A stretch of DNA of 64,000 bases, taken from IMG/VR virus record IMGVR_UViG_3300045004_000088, positions 128,001 through 192,000 of that record. One strand, written 5' to 3'. Positions 46,801 to 57,487 of the stretch are shown here, piece after piece. Source of the DNA: a virus. The notes below the pieces were generated by a model that was given only the letters and a program-made list of their open reading frames with translations, ran no database searches and was not told the origin of the DNA. Each line of letters opens with the position of its first letter. The first letter of the stretch is position 1. The position numbers were made by a program, and so were the translations under genes.

Positions 46801-47813
46801 ACGCTCTCCAGTTCGAGCCGCAGCCCGTCTATTTCTTCCGCCACGTTATGCACGAGGGTTGTCACCCCGGTGTGAACCGCCGGACTCAATGAGTTCTCAC
46901 GTTCGGTTCGCGCGTATGCCGTTTCCAACTCCGCGATCCTCTGTTTGAGGAGAGCGACCGACTGCAAGAATTCCGGGTTGTTAGGCCCGGTATTCTTCAT
47001 TTTAGTGTTGTAGCCAACCTCGAACTTTCTGAACTCTATGCCATCGATTTGTAGAGCGAACATCCACACTTCAGACGGAGACAGCGAATACAGTTTGTGC
47101 TTGGAGAAATTCGGCACCTGCCTCAGTTGCGGCATCGAGGCCACGACAGCACTCCAGATCTCTGCCGTAGAGCAGAACCAGATTTGTCCCAAGCTGTCTC
47201 TGGTGTCTGCGATCCACAAGGGACGGTGCTTGTTGCGAAACAGCCAGAGCCGCTTCTGCTTGTCGTTCTCGGCCACGGCCGTAGCCATGTGTCCCTGATT
47301 GATTAGCGAGAACACCTCTTTGATCCCGAACAGACGTTCGGCGATGGTCGGTTCTTCGTGCGGGAATCGCTTGACGGCGTCGTCGCGGTTGATGCCGAGG
47401 ATGATCCGCAGAATGATCTCGGAGTCGCAACCGGATTCAAGACGGTAGTTCTGTGCCAACATCCCGTACTCGTTTTCGGGAATGCGGCCGTTGTGGATCA
47501 ACGCCACCGTGCGATCTTGATTCAAGAACGGGTGGTTGTTGCGGTTGTCTTCTGGTCTGCCCTGGCTCGCGCCGCGAGCGTGCGCAACCAAAATCTGGCA
47601 GTTCTTCTCACGAAGCGACTGCCAGTTGTCGGTCTTGATGTATTGCGAAGACCGCAGCGGCTGCTTGTGGAAGTAAACGGCGTCACCTTCGACGCCGTAG
47701 TGTCCGGCCGCGTCGGTCCCGCGACTTTCGAGCTTGCGAAACAGGTTGGTCGCCAGTTTGAAGCTCAGGTCGGGGTACTGGGACTGGCCGATGTACCCTG
47801 ATATGCCACACAT
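46797..47813 (-). CDS. class II (Ntn) glutamine amidotransferase domain protein
   Basis: N-term MCGISGYIG with nucleophile Cys2; GATase-II fold motifs; no obvious synthetase partner domain. Confidence 0.65.
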   Translation of the reverse strand: MCGISGYIGQSQYPDLSFKLATNLFRKLESRGTDAAGHYGVEGDAVYFHKQPLRSSQYIKTDNWQSLREKNCQILVAHARGASQGRPEDNRNNHPFLNQDRTVALIHNGRIPENEYGMLAQNYRLESGCDSEIILRIILGINRDDAVKRFPHEEPTIAERLFGIKEVFSLINQGHMATAVAENDKQKRLWLFRNKHRPLWIADTRDSLGQIWFCSTAEIWSAVVASMPQLRQVPNFSKHKLYSLSPSEVWMFALQIDGIEFRKFEVGYNTKMKNTGPNNPEFLQSVALLKQRIAELETAYARTERENSLSPAVHTGVTTLVHNVAEEIDGLRLELESV

Positions 47814-47821
47814 TCAATACC

Positions 47822-48421
47822 TCACATTCCTACCGGCGCAGGCGGCGGGGATTGACCCATAGCCGCTCCGGGTGTCGCGCCGGCGTTGGGATCTAGCGGA
47901 TTGTCTTCCTGCGGTTGTTCCGCAGGCGGTTGCTGTTGTTGCTGATCGTCGGCGGGCGGTTGCTCTTGTTTCTTGTTGCCGCCGGTCGGAGAGTTTTGTT
48001 CTTTAGGACTGGTCGATTTGTCTTCGTCCGGGTCCGGGTCTTCCGAGGTGTTCGCGCCGATCTTGTTGATCGGAACGCCCATCTTGCCGATCACCTTTTC
48101 AAGCTCGTCCGCACTGCCGGCAACGATCTCTTCGAGTCCCTCTCGTTCCTCAATGGCCTTCATCATCGCCACCCCGATTTTCTGGAGCGGTCTGAGGAAC
48201 TTCATGTCGTCCTTCGGCCAGTGCGTGTGCAGCACCCGCCGAATCTGATTGACGATCTTCTCCGAGTACCTGACGAGGCTGCGGGTTCCCATGCTCTTGG
48301 CATCGTCCCGAAGCTCCTGAAGGGCGGTGAGAATGTCACCCATCTTGCCGCCGAGGTAGACACGGCTTTCGAGCAAGATGTAGTCCTTGAATCCGAATTC
48401 GTCCCAATTTGGTATTGCCAC
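47822..48421 (-). CDS. hypothetical protein with Gln/Pro-rich disordered C-terminus
   Basis: 199-aa ORF. Confidence 0.5.
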   Translation of the reverse strand: MAIPNWDEFGFKDYILLESRVYLGGKMGDILTALQELRDDAKSMGTRSLVRYSEKIVNQIRRVLHTHWPKDDMKFLRPLQKIGVAMMKAIEEREGLEEIVAGSADELEKVIGKMGVPINKIGANTSEDPDPDEDKSTSPKEQNSPTGGNKKQEQPPADDQQQQQPPAEQPQEDNPLDPNAGATPGAAMGQSPPPAPVGM

Positions 48422-48431
48422 TTTCCTCCGT

Positions 48432-50087
48432 TCACTCTTCCGAGTCTTTCTGTTCCACGCCCCGGTGGTTGAGATGGTTCAGTGCCGCTTCCACCAACCC
48501 GGCGAACAGCGGAGCAGGACTCATCAGTCGGCTTTTGAACTCAGGGTGAGCTTGTGTGCCGATGTAGAACGGGTGGATCGCACGATCCAACTCCATTACC
48601 TCCACCAGACCCGATTGTGGGTTTCTGCCGGTGACTTTGAAGCCTTTTGCCGACATCGCCTCTATGTACGCGGGATTCACCTCATATCGGTGTCGGTGCC
48701 TCTCACTCACCAACTTTTTTCTGTACAACGTGTACGCCAGAGAATCCTTCACCAACTCGCAGTCGTATGCACCGAGCCTCATGTTCGCCGACTTGCCGGT
48801 CAACTCCGCTTGCCCCGCGACAAAGTGTACGACCGGGTTGGGAGTATTAGAGTCGAACTCAATTGAGTTCGACTCTAAACCGAGAGCGTGGCGAGTGAAT
48901 TCGATCACCGCACACTGAAGTCCCAGACAGATGCCGAGGAACGGCAGCTTGTGTTCCCTCGCCCATCTCGCGCCGCGAATCTTGCCCTCGACGCCGCGAC
49001 AGTCGAAGCCACCGGGGACGATAAGACCCTGTAAACCCTCGAAAAACCTGCCGTGGTTTCGCTTCGAGTTCTCCACGTCCTCTGCCGAGATCCACCTGAT
49101 CTTGACCTTCGCGTTGACGGCCGCAGCCGAATGAACCAACGCCTCCTTCAAAGACAAATAAGCCTCGTCCGCGTTCTCGATGTACTTGGCGAGAACGCCG
49201 ATCTCCACGGTCGGCAGATCGGGGGAAACCATCTTCTCGACCAATTCTTTGTGCTTCTTGATTCCGATACCGTTGCGGCCGAAACGGAACCGATCAACGA
49301 TCAGGTCGTCCACGTCACGGTTGTAGAACTCCAACGGAACGTGATAAACGGTCTGAACGTCGGGGGCAGTGAAAACGGCCTTCCGGCGAACGCCGGTCAA
49401 GCTCGCGATCTTGTCGAGAAGTTTAGTCGGAAGCTCGCGGTCGCTCGGCGTGCGACACAGGAGAATGTCGGGAGTGATGCCGAACGATTGAAGGGTCTTG
49501 ATGGACTGTTGAAGGGGCTTGGTCTTAAACTCTTTGATCGTCGGAATCCAAAGAATCGGCGCGACGTGGACGATGATCACGTCCTCGAAGTTGTCCTGCT
49601 TGAATTGACGAACGGCTTCGAGGAACGGCCCGCTCTCGATGTCGCCGACCGTTCCTCCGATCTCAACGATCACACAGTCGTTGTTTTCGCCGAGTGCCTT
49701 GAGTCTAGATTGGATTTTGTCGGTGACGTGGGGAATGCACTGAACGGTCTGGCCGAGGTACTTGCCCCCTTTTTGTTCGGCGAGAAGTTCGTCGTAGACC
49801 TGACCGCTGGTGAGGATGTTCTTGCTAGAAACCTCGACACCCATGATGCGTTCGTAGGTGCCGAGATCGAGGTCTGTTTCGGAGCCGTCATCACACAAGA
49901 AAACCTCGCCGTGTTCTCGCGGCGATAGGATTCCGGCGTTGACGTTCAGATAAGGGTCGAATTTGACTGGCGTGACTTTCAAATCACGCATCTTCAGTAG
50001 TAATCCCAAGCTCGCGGTACTGACGCCTTTGCCCGACCCCGAATAAACGCCGCCCACCACGATGATGTATTTGCTTTGCATGCTCAC
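48432..50087 (-). CDS. pyrG: CTP synthase
   Basis: N-term KYIIVVGGVYSGSGKGVSTASLG; C-term class-I GATase domain (GICLGLQ); 551 aa. Confidence 0.8.
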   Translation of the reverse strand: MSMQSKYIIVVGGVYSGSGKGVSTASLGLLLKMRDLKVTPVKFDPYLNVNAGILSPREHGEVFLCDDGSETDLDLGTYERIMGVEVSSKNILTSGQVYDELLAEQKGGKYLGQTVQCIPHVTDKIQSRLKALGENNDCVIVEIGGTVGDIESGPFLEAVRQFKQDNFEDVIIVHVAPILWIPTIKEFKTKPLQQSIKTLQSFGITPDILLCRTPSDRELPTKLLDKIASLTGVRRKAVFTAPDVQTVYHVPLEFYNRDVDDLIVDRFRFGRNGIGIKKHKELVEKMVSPDLPTVEIGVLAKYIENADEAYLSLKEALVHSAAAVNAKVKIRWISAEDVENSKRNHGRFFEGLQGLIVPGGFDCRGVEGKIRGARWAREHKLPFLGICLGLQCAVIEFTRHALGLESNSIEFDSNTPNPVVHFVAGQAELTGKSANMRLGAYDCELVKDSLAYTLYRKKLVSERHRHRYEVNPAYIEAMSAKGFKVTGRNPQSGLVEVMELDRAIHPFYIGTQAHPEFKSRLMSPAPLFAGLVEAALNHLNHRGVEQKDSEE

Positions 50088-50100
50088 ATTGTATGTAAGC

Positions 50101-50307
50101 TCAATCTAGCGGAACCCCGGCGACATTTTCGGTCGTCGGGAGTTCCTTTTCGTAGCTCGGTTTGCCGAACATGAAACCTAAACAGTTGACGTGGCAGTCG
50201 CACAGAAAAGATTCGCTGCCGTCAGAAAAAACGGTCCTGTAACCGAGTCGAGCGTTGCACTCGGTACAGTGATACACTTCGTAAACTTTGACGATAGTTT
50301 TCGCCAC
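50101..50307 (-). CDS. small Cys4 zinc-ribbon protein (GTG start)
   Basis: CTECN...CDCHVNC; GAGGTGGA upstream; sits between nrdB and pyrG. Confidence 0.3.
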   Translation of the reverse strand: MAKTIVKVYEVYHCTECNARLGYRTVFSDGSESFLCDCHVNCLGFMFGKPSYEKELPTTENVAGVPLD

Positions 50308-50315
50308 GTTCCACC

Positions 50316-51386
50316 TCAAAGGGTGATGTTGTCGAGATCCGAATCGTTGAGCGCGGTGTTGGCGGAACCAACCAAGTACGACTCCAGTTCGCTCTCTTGC
50401 GGGGCCACCTGCACCGAAGTGCTGTCGAAGTACCGGGTTGACCAGCCGGAAACCGGGTTGGTCTTCTGGTTGAAGATCCGCTTGTAGCCCATAGCTTGGA
50501 GCCGGGTGTTGGCGAGCCACTCGACGTAGCCGTGGAGGACTTCCGTGTTCAGGCCCAACAGCGAGCCGCGTGAGAACAGGTAGTCGGCCCACGCCTTCTC
50601 GTTCTTGACGGCCAGCCGATACAGTTCGTACACCTTCTCTTCATTGTCGGCCAGAACCTTCTGGAACCCTTCCTCTTCGTGGTTCTTCCAGTTCTTGATG
50701 ATATTCTGGGTGATCGCGACGTGCAAGTTCTCGTCGCGGGCGATCTCGCCGATGATCTTGGCACTGCCTTCCATCAGCCCCTTATAGCCGAAAAAGAACG
50801 AGCAGACGAACGAAGTGTAGAAGGCCACACCTTCGGTGATGTTGGTGCAGATCACCGAGTTGAAGATGCGTTGCTTCAGGTCCGTCTCGTCGTTCAGCAA
50901 CTCGTCGTATGCCTTCGAGATCGCGTTGGCGCGGCCGACGATCTCCTTGTCGTCCAAGATGCTGTCGAAGAACGCGGTGGCGTTCTTGGTCACGTTCTTG
51001 AAGATGTGGGTGTAGCTGAACGAGTGCATCTGCTCCATCGACGCCCACGTCCCCATGCACAGTTCCAACTCCGGGTTGGTCACATACTCACTCATCTTGT
51101 GGATGCTGCGACTCAACATGGAGTCGGTCATCGTCTGCCAGCGGATGTTGCTCTCGAAAACGAACCGCTCGGACTCCGAGAGCTTCTCGAAGTCAACGCG
51201 GTCTTTCGACAGGTCGATCCGCTGCGGACGCCAGCGGTAGTTCTCCTGCTGCTCCCAGAGGCTGAAAAACTTCGGGTACTTGAACTGGTCGTACCGTTGC
51301 AGGCTCAGGTCTTCGCCGAGGAACATGATGCGGTCGTTGACCGGGACGTTCTTCTTGTTCAAAACGGTCTTCATATTGGTTCTCAC
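50316..51386 (-). CDS. nrdB: ribonucleotide reductase class Ia small subunit
   Basis: Ferritin-like motifs EGVAFYTSF and ARDENLH; E. coli NrdB-like throughout; alt start Met 5 (51374). Confidence 0.8.
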   Translation of the reverse strand: MRTNMKTVLNKKNVPVNDRIMFLGEDLSLQRYDQFKYPKFFSLWEQQENYRWRPQRIDLSKDRVDFEKLSESERFVFESNIRWQTMTDSMLSRSIHKMSEYVTNPELELCMGTWASMEQMHSFSYTHIFKNVTKNATAFFDSILDDKEIVGRANAISKAYDELLNDETDLKQRIFNSVICTNITEGVAFYTSFVCSFFFGYKGLMEGSAKIIGEIARDENLHVAITQNIIKNWKNHEEEGFQKVLADNEEKVYELYRLAVKNEKAWADYLFSRGSLLGLNTEVLHGYVEWLANTRLQAMGYKRIFNQKTNPVSGWSTRYFDSTSVQVAPQESELESYLVGSANTALNDSDLDNITL

Positions 51387-51395
51387 TTTTGGCTG

Positions 51396-53648
51396 TTACA
51401 GGGTGCAGGCACCGGAAGCACATCCGTCCTTCTCTTTGGCGAAGTGCTTGTTGCCGTCTTCGGTGTTGAGGTAGTAGAGCGACTTGCCGCCCGACTTGTA
51501 GAAGTGGATCATCTCCTTGATGATCTGCATGTACGGGATCTTCTTGTCCTCGTAGTTGGACGGGTTGAAATACTGGTTGCAACTCATCGCCATGTCCATC
51601 CACTTCTGGATGACGGCGCAGACGTTGAGGTAGCCGATGTTGTCGGGCATATCGAACGCCAACTGGTAGTGTTCGGCCGACTTGACGTTCGGAACCAAGA
51701 ACGGCAGGCTCGACTTCTTGGAACTCTTGAACGCCAAGATCGACCGCACGGGTTCGACGCCGTTGGTGACGTTCTGCGAAGCCGCCGACGACTCGCACGG
51801 CATCTGGCACGTCAGCGTGGTGTGCCGCATGCCGTGTTCCTTCAACTCGGCGCGTAGCGACTCCCAGTCCATGCCCGCCGGACGGTTGGTCGGAAGGTCT
51901 TTGAACTTCTTGTCAACAGGCAGCCAGCCGTTGGAATACTTGGACGACGCGAACTTGTCGCACACGCCCTTCTCTTTCGCCAAGTTGATCGACGCTTTGA
52001 TGAGGTAATACTGCTGCTTCTCCATCCACTCGTCCACCAGATCTAGTGCGGCCGGGTCGCCGTACTTCACCTTGTTCGACGCGAGGAACGCGGCGAGGTT
52101 GGTGATGCCGATGCCGAGAGATCGCTTGCCCGTGCAGAAGTTGCGGGCCGCGAGATCGAAGTAGTCTTGGATGTCGATCAACTCGTCCAGCATACGCACG
52201 ACGCAGTCGCAAACCCGCGCGAAGTCCTCGTCGGAAGTGATCTCCAACCAGTTGATGGCCGACAGCACGCACACGCCGATTTCTGACAGCGGGTCGTTGA
52301 TGGCGCGGAGCGGCTCGACGGCTTGTGTGACCTCCGTGCAGAGGTTGGTCATGTTGACCTTTTCGTTCCACGACCCGTAGGTGTTGACGTTGTCCACGTT
52401 GAAGATGTAGATGCGGCCGGACTCCAACCGCTCTTTCACGAGCAGCGAGAACAGGTCGCGGGCCGGCACGGAGTGGCGGCTCTTGATCGACTCGTCCTTC
52501 TCGTACTTCTGGTACAACTCATCGAACTCGTCGGTGCCGAAGGCGTCGTACAAGCCGGGGACTTCGTGCGGCGAAAACAGGGTGATGTTCTCTTTCTTCA
52601 GGAACCGCTCGTAGAACAACCGGGACAGACCGATGGCGTAGTCCAAGTTGAAGACGCGGTTGTCGTGGGTGCCGGTGGTCGCGTTCTTCAACTGGATGAT
52701 GTTCTCGATCTCGTAGTGCCAGATCGGGAAGTTGATGGTGGACGAGCCGCCGCGCACGCCGTTCTTCTGCCACGCCTTCGTGTTGGCCTCGGTGATCTTC
52801 AAAAACGGAATGACGCCGGGGTGCAGAATCGTACCGTTCTTGACGGGCGTGTTGATGGCCCGCATGCGCCCGTAGTTGACGCCGATGCCGTACCCCTTGC
52901 ACGTCGCTTCCGCGACCGCGTTGTTGGTGGCGTTGATCGAGTCGCAGGTGTCGAGCATCTCGATGAGGCAGCACGACGCGAACGAGTTGTTGTTCGTACC
53001 CAAACCGGCCAACTGCGGGGTGGCGAGGTTGATCTTGAACTTGCTGAAATAGTTGTAGGCCCGCTTCACCATCGGCAGCCGCTTCGCCGCCGGGTAGCGG
53101 TGGAAGATGGTCATCGCAGCGACGATGTAACGGAACTGCGGAGTCTCGTGAAGTTCCTTCGTGTGCTGGTTCTTAACGAGGTACTTGTCGCACAACTGCT
53201 TGGTAGAGCAGAACGTGTACGTCAGGTCGCGGTCGTGAACGATGAACTCATCGATCTTGTTGATCTCTACGTCGGTGTACCACTCCATCAGGTCTTTGGT
53301 GTAGTACCCATTTTTGATGTTCTGGCGGATCAAATCGATCAGCTTCGGCGGGTTCTTACCGCCCCACACGTTCTTGCGGATCTGGTAGTTCAGAAGCCGA
53401 CCCGCGACGTACTGGTAGTCCGGGTTTTGCTCGCTGATGAGGTTCGTCGCCGAGTCGATCAGAACGGAGTGGATCTGTTCCGTCGTGATGCCATCGACCA
53501 CATTGAGCTTCATGTTGATCTCAATGTCGGAAACGCTGACGTTCGACAGCCCCTCGATTGCCCACGAAACCACTCGACTGATCTTCTCGATCTCGAAGTT
53601 CTCCCGCGACCCGTTTTTCTTCACCACACTGATCTTATTTACAGACAT
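51396..53648 (-). CDS. nrdA: ribonucleotide reductase class Ia large subunit
   Basis: 750 aa; N-term ATP-cone; catalytic core; C-term ...GCASGACTL; AGGAGA RBS. Confidence 0.85.
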   Translation of the reverse strand: MSVNKISVVKKNGSRENFEIEKISRVVSWAIEGLSNVSVSDIEINMKLNVVDGITTEQIHSVLIDSATNLISEQNPDYQYVAGRLLNYQIRKNVWGGKNPPKLIDLIRQNIKNGYYTKDLMEWYTDVEINKIDEFIVHDRDLTYTFCSTKQLCDKYLVKNQHTKELHETPQFRYIVAAMTIFHRYPAAKRLPMVKRAYNYFSKFKINLATPQLAGLGTNNNSFASCCLIEMLDTCDSINATNNAVAEATCKGYGIGVNYGRMRAINTPVKNGTILHPGVIPFLKITEANTKAWQKNGVRGGSSTINFPIWHYEIENIIQLKNATTGTHDNRVFNLDYAIGLSRLFYERFLKKENITLFSPHEVPGLYDAFGTDEFDELYQKYEKDESIKSRHSVPARDLFSLLVKERLESGRIYIFNVDNVNTYGSWNEKVNMTNLCTEVTQAVEPLRAINDPLSEIGVCVLSAINWLEITSDEDFARVCDCVVRMLDELIDIQDYFDLAARNFCTGKRSLGIGITNLAAFLASNKVKYGDPAALDLVDEWMEKQQYYLIKASINLAKEKGVCDKFASSKYSNGWLPVDKKFKDLPTNRPAGMDWESLRAELKEHGMRHTTLTCQMPCESSAASQNVTNGVEPVRSILAFKSSKKSSLPFLVPNVKSAEHYQLAFDMPDNIGYLNVCAVIQKWMDMAMSCNQYFNPSNYEDKKIPYMQIIKEMIHFYKSGGKSLYYLNTEDGNKHFAKEKDGCASGACTL

Positions 53649-53755
53649 GTCATTCTCCTGATCTCAAATACCCAAAGGGAGGGTATCTAAGACACCCGTC
53701 GTTTTTTCTAGTTGGTATTAGTTCGTGAAGCCGGTCGCCTTGCGCGAACGCGGCG

Positions 53756-55777
53756 TTAAGAGTCGGCCAGCTTGGAAGTTCCGTCTTTCATTTCGATCCA
53801 GATCGTGTCGCAGCCGTTGAGCAGCGACAAGAGTCCCTGATCGTGCGTGGTGACAAAGACTTGCATCTCTTTGGACATCTCGCAAATCATGTTGTAAATG
53901 CCCTGAACACCGATTGGGTCGATGTTGGTGGTGACTTCGTCCAGAAACACAACGGACGGGCTGGACCCGAAGTTGCAGATCTGGATGTACCGGAACGCCT
54001 GAGACACCGACAGGTTGAGCCGCCGCCGCTGGCCGTTCGACATAATGTGGTACAGGAACTGCGTCCCGTCCGGCGGGTTGCGCTCGATCTTGATTTCCAA
54101 CTCGTCGTCAAACGTCAGCGTCAGCTTGTTGTCGATCAGGTACTGCAACCAGTACGAGATCTTGGAGTTCAGTGCCGGGATGATGCCCGACATGACGTAC
54201 TTGCGAATGCCGGTGTCGCCGAACGCCTTGATCCAGTAGTCGAAGTAGGGCTGGTCCTCTTCGCACTGCTTGATTTCCTTCTCTTTGGACTCGCACGCGA
54301 CCTTCTTGTCGGACAAGTCCTGCATCGTGTCTTCGAGAACCTGCTCGTAGGGGTTTGGACCTTCGAGTTCGTCCCGACGCTGTTTCGCGAGCGTGTGACA
54401 CTGCTCCATCTTCTGTTGGAGCAACGCGATTTTCTTGTCAATGTCGGGCTTCGGTACGGCTTCCAGACGGCGCACAGTCGCCTTCAGTTGGTTGAGCTTG
54501 TCGTGGCCGTTATCGACCCGAATCTTGGCGTCGTTCAGGTTCTGACGCATGACCTGAACTTGATTCTGTTTGCCCTTGTGCCGCTCAACTAGGGTGATCC
54601 GTTCAGCCTCGGCAGTGTCGGCCGCTTCGGTGAACTCACGGATGGCGGTTTCGAGCGCTTCCAGAACGTGGGTGCAGTTGGACTCATCGACGGTGCCGTA
54701 GCACGCCGGGCATTGGGTGCCGGACTTGTCCTTGAGTTCCTTGAGTTCGCCCCCCTTCTCGGCCGCACAGTTGCGGTTGTACGAGATGATCTGGTTCGCC
54801 TGCTTGATGGCGACGGCGAGCGTACCCTCGTCTTCGAGCAGTTTGTGATACTGCTCGGTTGCGTTGTCGATGAGGGTTTGGATCTTGGTCAGCTTGTCCT
54901 GTTGCTTCTGCAAATCCGATTCGGCTGCCGGCAACTGGTCCTGAGCCTCTTGGTATTCGAGAGCGGCCTTGCCCGCGTCGGACGCCGCGATCTCGTTCCT
55001 GATCTTGTTGGCGAGGGCGTCGTAGCCCTTGATCTCTTCGAGCTTCTTGGCCTTCCAGTTCTGAACCTGTGCGCGGATCTCCCCGACCCGCTTGTCCATG
55101 AGTTCGCGGTCGTGAACGAGGATCTCGTACTCGCGGGTGAAGTTCTTCAGGTTGTCTTTGTTGATCTTGGCGAGATCCTTCGCGTTCTGCGAGTACGTCT
55201 GGTACTTTTCGAGCGACAGCAGGTTCTCCACGATCTGCCGCTTGGCGGGAACGTCGCATTCGAGGAAGGCGTTCGTGTTATCGTCGGTGAAGACGACGAC
55301 GTTGACGAACGTCTCGTAGGACATGCCGACGATGTCTTCGATGGCCTTCTGGGTCGCGGGCATGCCGCCCAACGTGATCTCGGTCGTCTCGTTCCAAACG
55401 CCCTCCGCACTCTTCCAGAGCCGCAGTGATTCGGGCTTGCGGCACCGGACGACGCGGTAGTCGTCCCACTGAACTTCGACGTAGAGCTTCTTGCCCGTCT
55501 TGTTGTGGATCACGTCGTTGTGGCCGATCTTCTTCGGCCGCTTGATCGTCTTGCCGTAGAGTCCGTAGACGATCAGTTCGGGGACGGAGCTTTTGCCCGC
55601 GCCGTTGCTCGACTCCTTAGCCTCTTCGGAGTCGTCGTCCTGACTGCAAGAAACGTCGAGGTTGCGACCCCTAATGAGGACGATGTTCCCCAGATTCTGA
55701 AAGTTGATTTCGATACCTTCTTCGCCGAAGCAAAGGAAGTTCTTGGCTTTCACGAACTTGAAAACGTGGCGTTTCAT
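53756..55777 (-). CDS. SbcC/Rad50-like recombination ATPase (T4 gp46-like)
   Basis: Walker A NGAGKSS; long coiled coil with CPAC zinc hook; signature SNGQRRRLNLS; Walker B VVFLDEV; H-loop TTHD; Met 13 with AAGGA RBS. Confidence 0.75.
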   Translation of the reverse strand: MKRHVFKFVKAKNFLCFGEEGIEINFQNLGNIVLIRGRNLDVSCSQDDDSEEAKESSNGAGKSSVPELIVYGLYGKTIKRPKKIGHNDVIHNKTGKKLYVEVQWDDYRVVRCRKPESLRLWKSAEGVWNETTEITLGGMPATQKAIEDIVGMSYETFVNVVVFTDDNTNAFLECDVPAKRQIVENLLSLEKYQTYSQNAKDLAKINKDNLKNFTREYEILVHDRELMDKRVGEIRAQVQNWKAKKLEEIKGYDALANKIRNEIAASDAGKAALEYQEAQDQLPAAESDLQKQQDKLTKIQTLIDNATEQYHKLLEDEGTLAVAIKQANQIISYNRNCAAEKGGELKELKDKSGTQCPACYGTVDESNCTHVLEALETAIREFTEAADTAEAERITLVERHKGKQNQVQVMRQNLNDAKIRVDNGHDKLNQLKATVRRLEAVPKPDIDKKIALLQQKMEQCHTLAKQRRDELEGPNPYEQVLEDTMQDLSDKKVACESKEKEIKQCEEDQPYFDYWIKAFGDTGIRKYVMSGIIPALNSKISYWLQYLIDNKLTLTFDDELEIKIERNPPDGTQFLYHIMSNGQRRRLNLSVSQAFRYIQICNFGSSPSVVFLDEVTTNIDPIGVQGIYNMICEMSKEMQVFVTTHDQGLLSLLNGCDTIWIEMKDGTSKLADS

Positions 55778-55844
55778 CAGGAGTCCTTTGGCAAGTCGGC
55801 TGACATCTTCCACGGTCGGGCCGAAGATGTCAATCCGACTTTGT

Positions 55845-56423
55845 TCAATTTGAAGTAGCGAGCGCCACGGCGATCAGGGGGTCGCCGCCCGGTGATGAAT
55901 AGTAGTCGTCAACAAGGTCCGCATCGTACTGGTGGGCGAACCCCGCCGGCAATACGCTGGCGAACCAGGGGAAGAACTCCACGAAGTAGCCGACGTAGTT
56001 CGCGTCGAAGTGCGGCGGGGACGAACCTGTGCCGAACGACATCTCGATCACGCGGGCCAGCATGTCCAAAAGGTCGGACGGAGCGGCCCAGAAGTCCTCG
56101 TGAACGAGACGACTGCCGTGGAACGGGCGTCGGACACATGAAGACTCGCGGCCGAAGGCGACGACCTTGTCTGCGGCGAGTTCAAAAATCTCCTCCACGG
56201 ATTTTTGAACTCGGACGTTCGGCCCGGCGAACAAGAAGACGCCGTCCCTTTTGGCGAGGGCCGCGATCAATCCCGCCTGTGTGCCGTCGTACAACTCGAA
56301 GCCGTCGCCGGCCGTGTTGAAAACAAGAACGGCCGTGCCGAGCTTTTTGACCGCCGCGAGCCAATCCTTCCCGTGTGTGTCCCAAGATTCGGGGGTGAAA
56401 GCCCCCACGATGTACTTCTTCAA
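55845..56423 (-). CDS. hypothetical protein between the SbcC- and Mre11-like genes
   Basis: 192-aa ORF; 4-nt overlap with the upstream gene. Confidence 0.5.
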   Translation of the reverse strand: MKKYIVGAFTPESWDTHGKDWLAAVKKLGTAVLVFNTAGDGFELYDGTQAGLIAALAKRDGVFLFAGPNVRVQKSVEEIFELAADKVVAFGRESSCVRRPFHGSRLVHEDFWAAPSDLLDMLARVIEMSFGTGSSPPHFDANYVGYFVEFFPWFASVLPAGFAHQYDADLVDDYYSSPGGDPLIAVALATSN

Positions 56424-57487
56424 GCTGCCTCTTCGTGCTGGATAATGCGTTTGCCGAAATCGATCAGACGCGGCTTCGGCAAGCCGTTGCAGCCGACATC
56501 ATCGACATAGCGTTCTAGCATTTTGTCTTCGGCTTGCAGGATCGCGAGTGCGTCCTGAATTACATGAGTTTCCTCTTCCGTCTTCTTGCGGAACTGGCGC
56601 ACATTTACCGTCGCGGCCCCCTTGCTCGACAGAAGCTCTCGCCGAATCTTCGCCACGTCAATGGCCGACAGATCCTCCGTCATCAGCGTAACGAACGCCC
56701 CCTTCAAATCGTACAGATTGAGTTGGTCCGGCTTCAAGTAGTAGTGCCTCGGACTGAACTCGTTGAGGATGTACTCCCGGTTCCCGCTCTCGCAGTCGAG
56801 CAGGATCAGGTGTTTGTCTTGGAACGCCTCGCCGAAGCTCAACTGGAGCGGGCTGCCGATGTACTCGACCTTGTCGGCCAGCACTTGGGTGGCGTGGTAG
56901 TGGCCGAGGAACGTCCGCTCGTACCGCTCGAACAGGTTGGCCGAGACTGGCACCATTTCGCCGTCGTGTTCGATGACCACGTCGGAGACGGTGCCGGAAC
57001 TGTTCAGCTTCGCGCCGTCAATGGCGATGTGGCCGAGGCAGTATTTCGCCGGCTCGTCGTAATCGCCGAGCATTTCCACGGCACTGACCGGATCGTGGGT
57101 GAAAGGGATGAAATCCCACTTCGCGCCGCCGATGGTCCGTCGCTCGACAGAACTGATGACCGTGACGCCGGGCAACGCTTGGAACGGGTAGACTCCGCTG
57201 ATCGAGGTGTCGTCGTTGAACCACAGGTCGTGGTTTCCGAGCAGCAGCCAGAGGCGGAACTTGCCGTTGCAGTATTTCTTGAGGATCTCGTAGACGCGGG
57301 TGTACGTCAGTACGTCGATCTTGGATCGGTCGTGTAGCAAGTCGCCGCCGAACAGGATGTCTTCGACGTGACGGGCCTTCGCGGTCTGGAACACCCATTC
57401 GAGTGCCTTCAGACAGTCTTCGAGTCTTTCCGCACGGCGTTTGTGGGGGTGGACGTGACAGTCGGCGAAGAGTAAAACATGGCTCAT
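56420..57487 (-). CDS. Mre11/SbcD-like nuclease (T4 gp47-like)
   Basis: Calcineurin-like phosphoesterase motifs DCHVHPH, GGDLLHD, GNHD; Met 27 with AGGAGTGG RBS. Confidence 0.75.
   Translation of the reverse strand: MSHVLLFADCHVHPHKRRAERLEDCLKALEWVFQTAKARHVEDILFGGDLLHDRSKIDVLTYTRVYEILKKYCNGKFRLWLLLGNHDLWFNDDTSISGVYPFQALPGVTVISSVERRTIGGAKWDFIPFTHDPVSAVEMLGDYDEPAKYCLGHIAIDGAKLNSSGTVSDVVIEHDGEMVPVSANLFERYERTFLGHYHATQVLADKVEYIGSPLQLSFGEAFQDKHLILLDCESGNREYILNEFSPRHYYLKPDQLNLYDLKGAFVTLMTEDLSAIDVAKIRRELLSSKGAATVNVRQFRKKTEEETHVIQDALAILQAEDKMLERYVDDVGCNGLPKPRLIDFGKRIIQHEEAA

Noticed and set aside
52323-53690. 455-aa plus-strand ORF
   Set aside because: Antisense shadow of nrdA.
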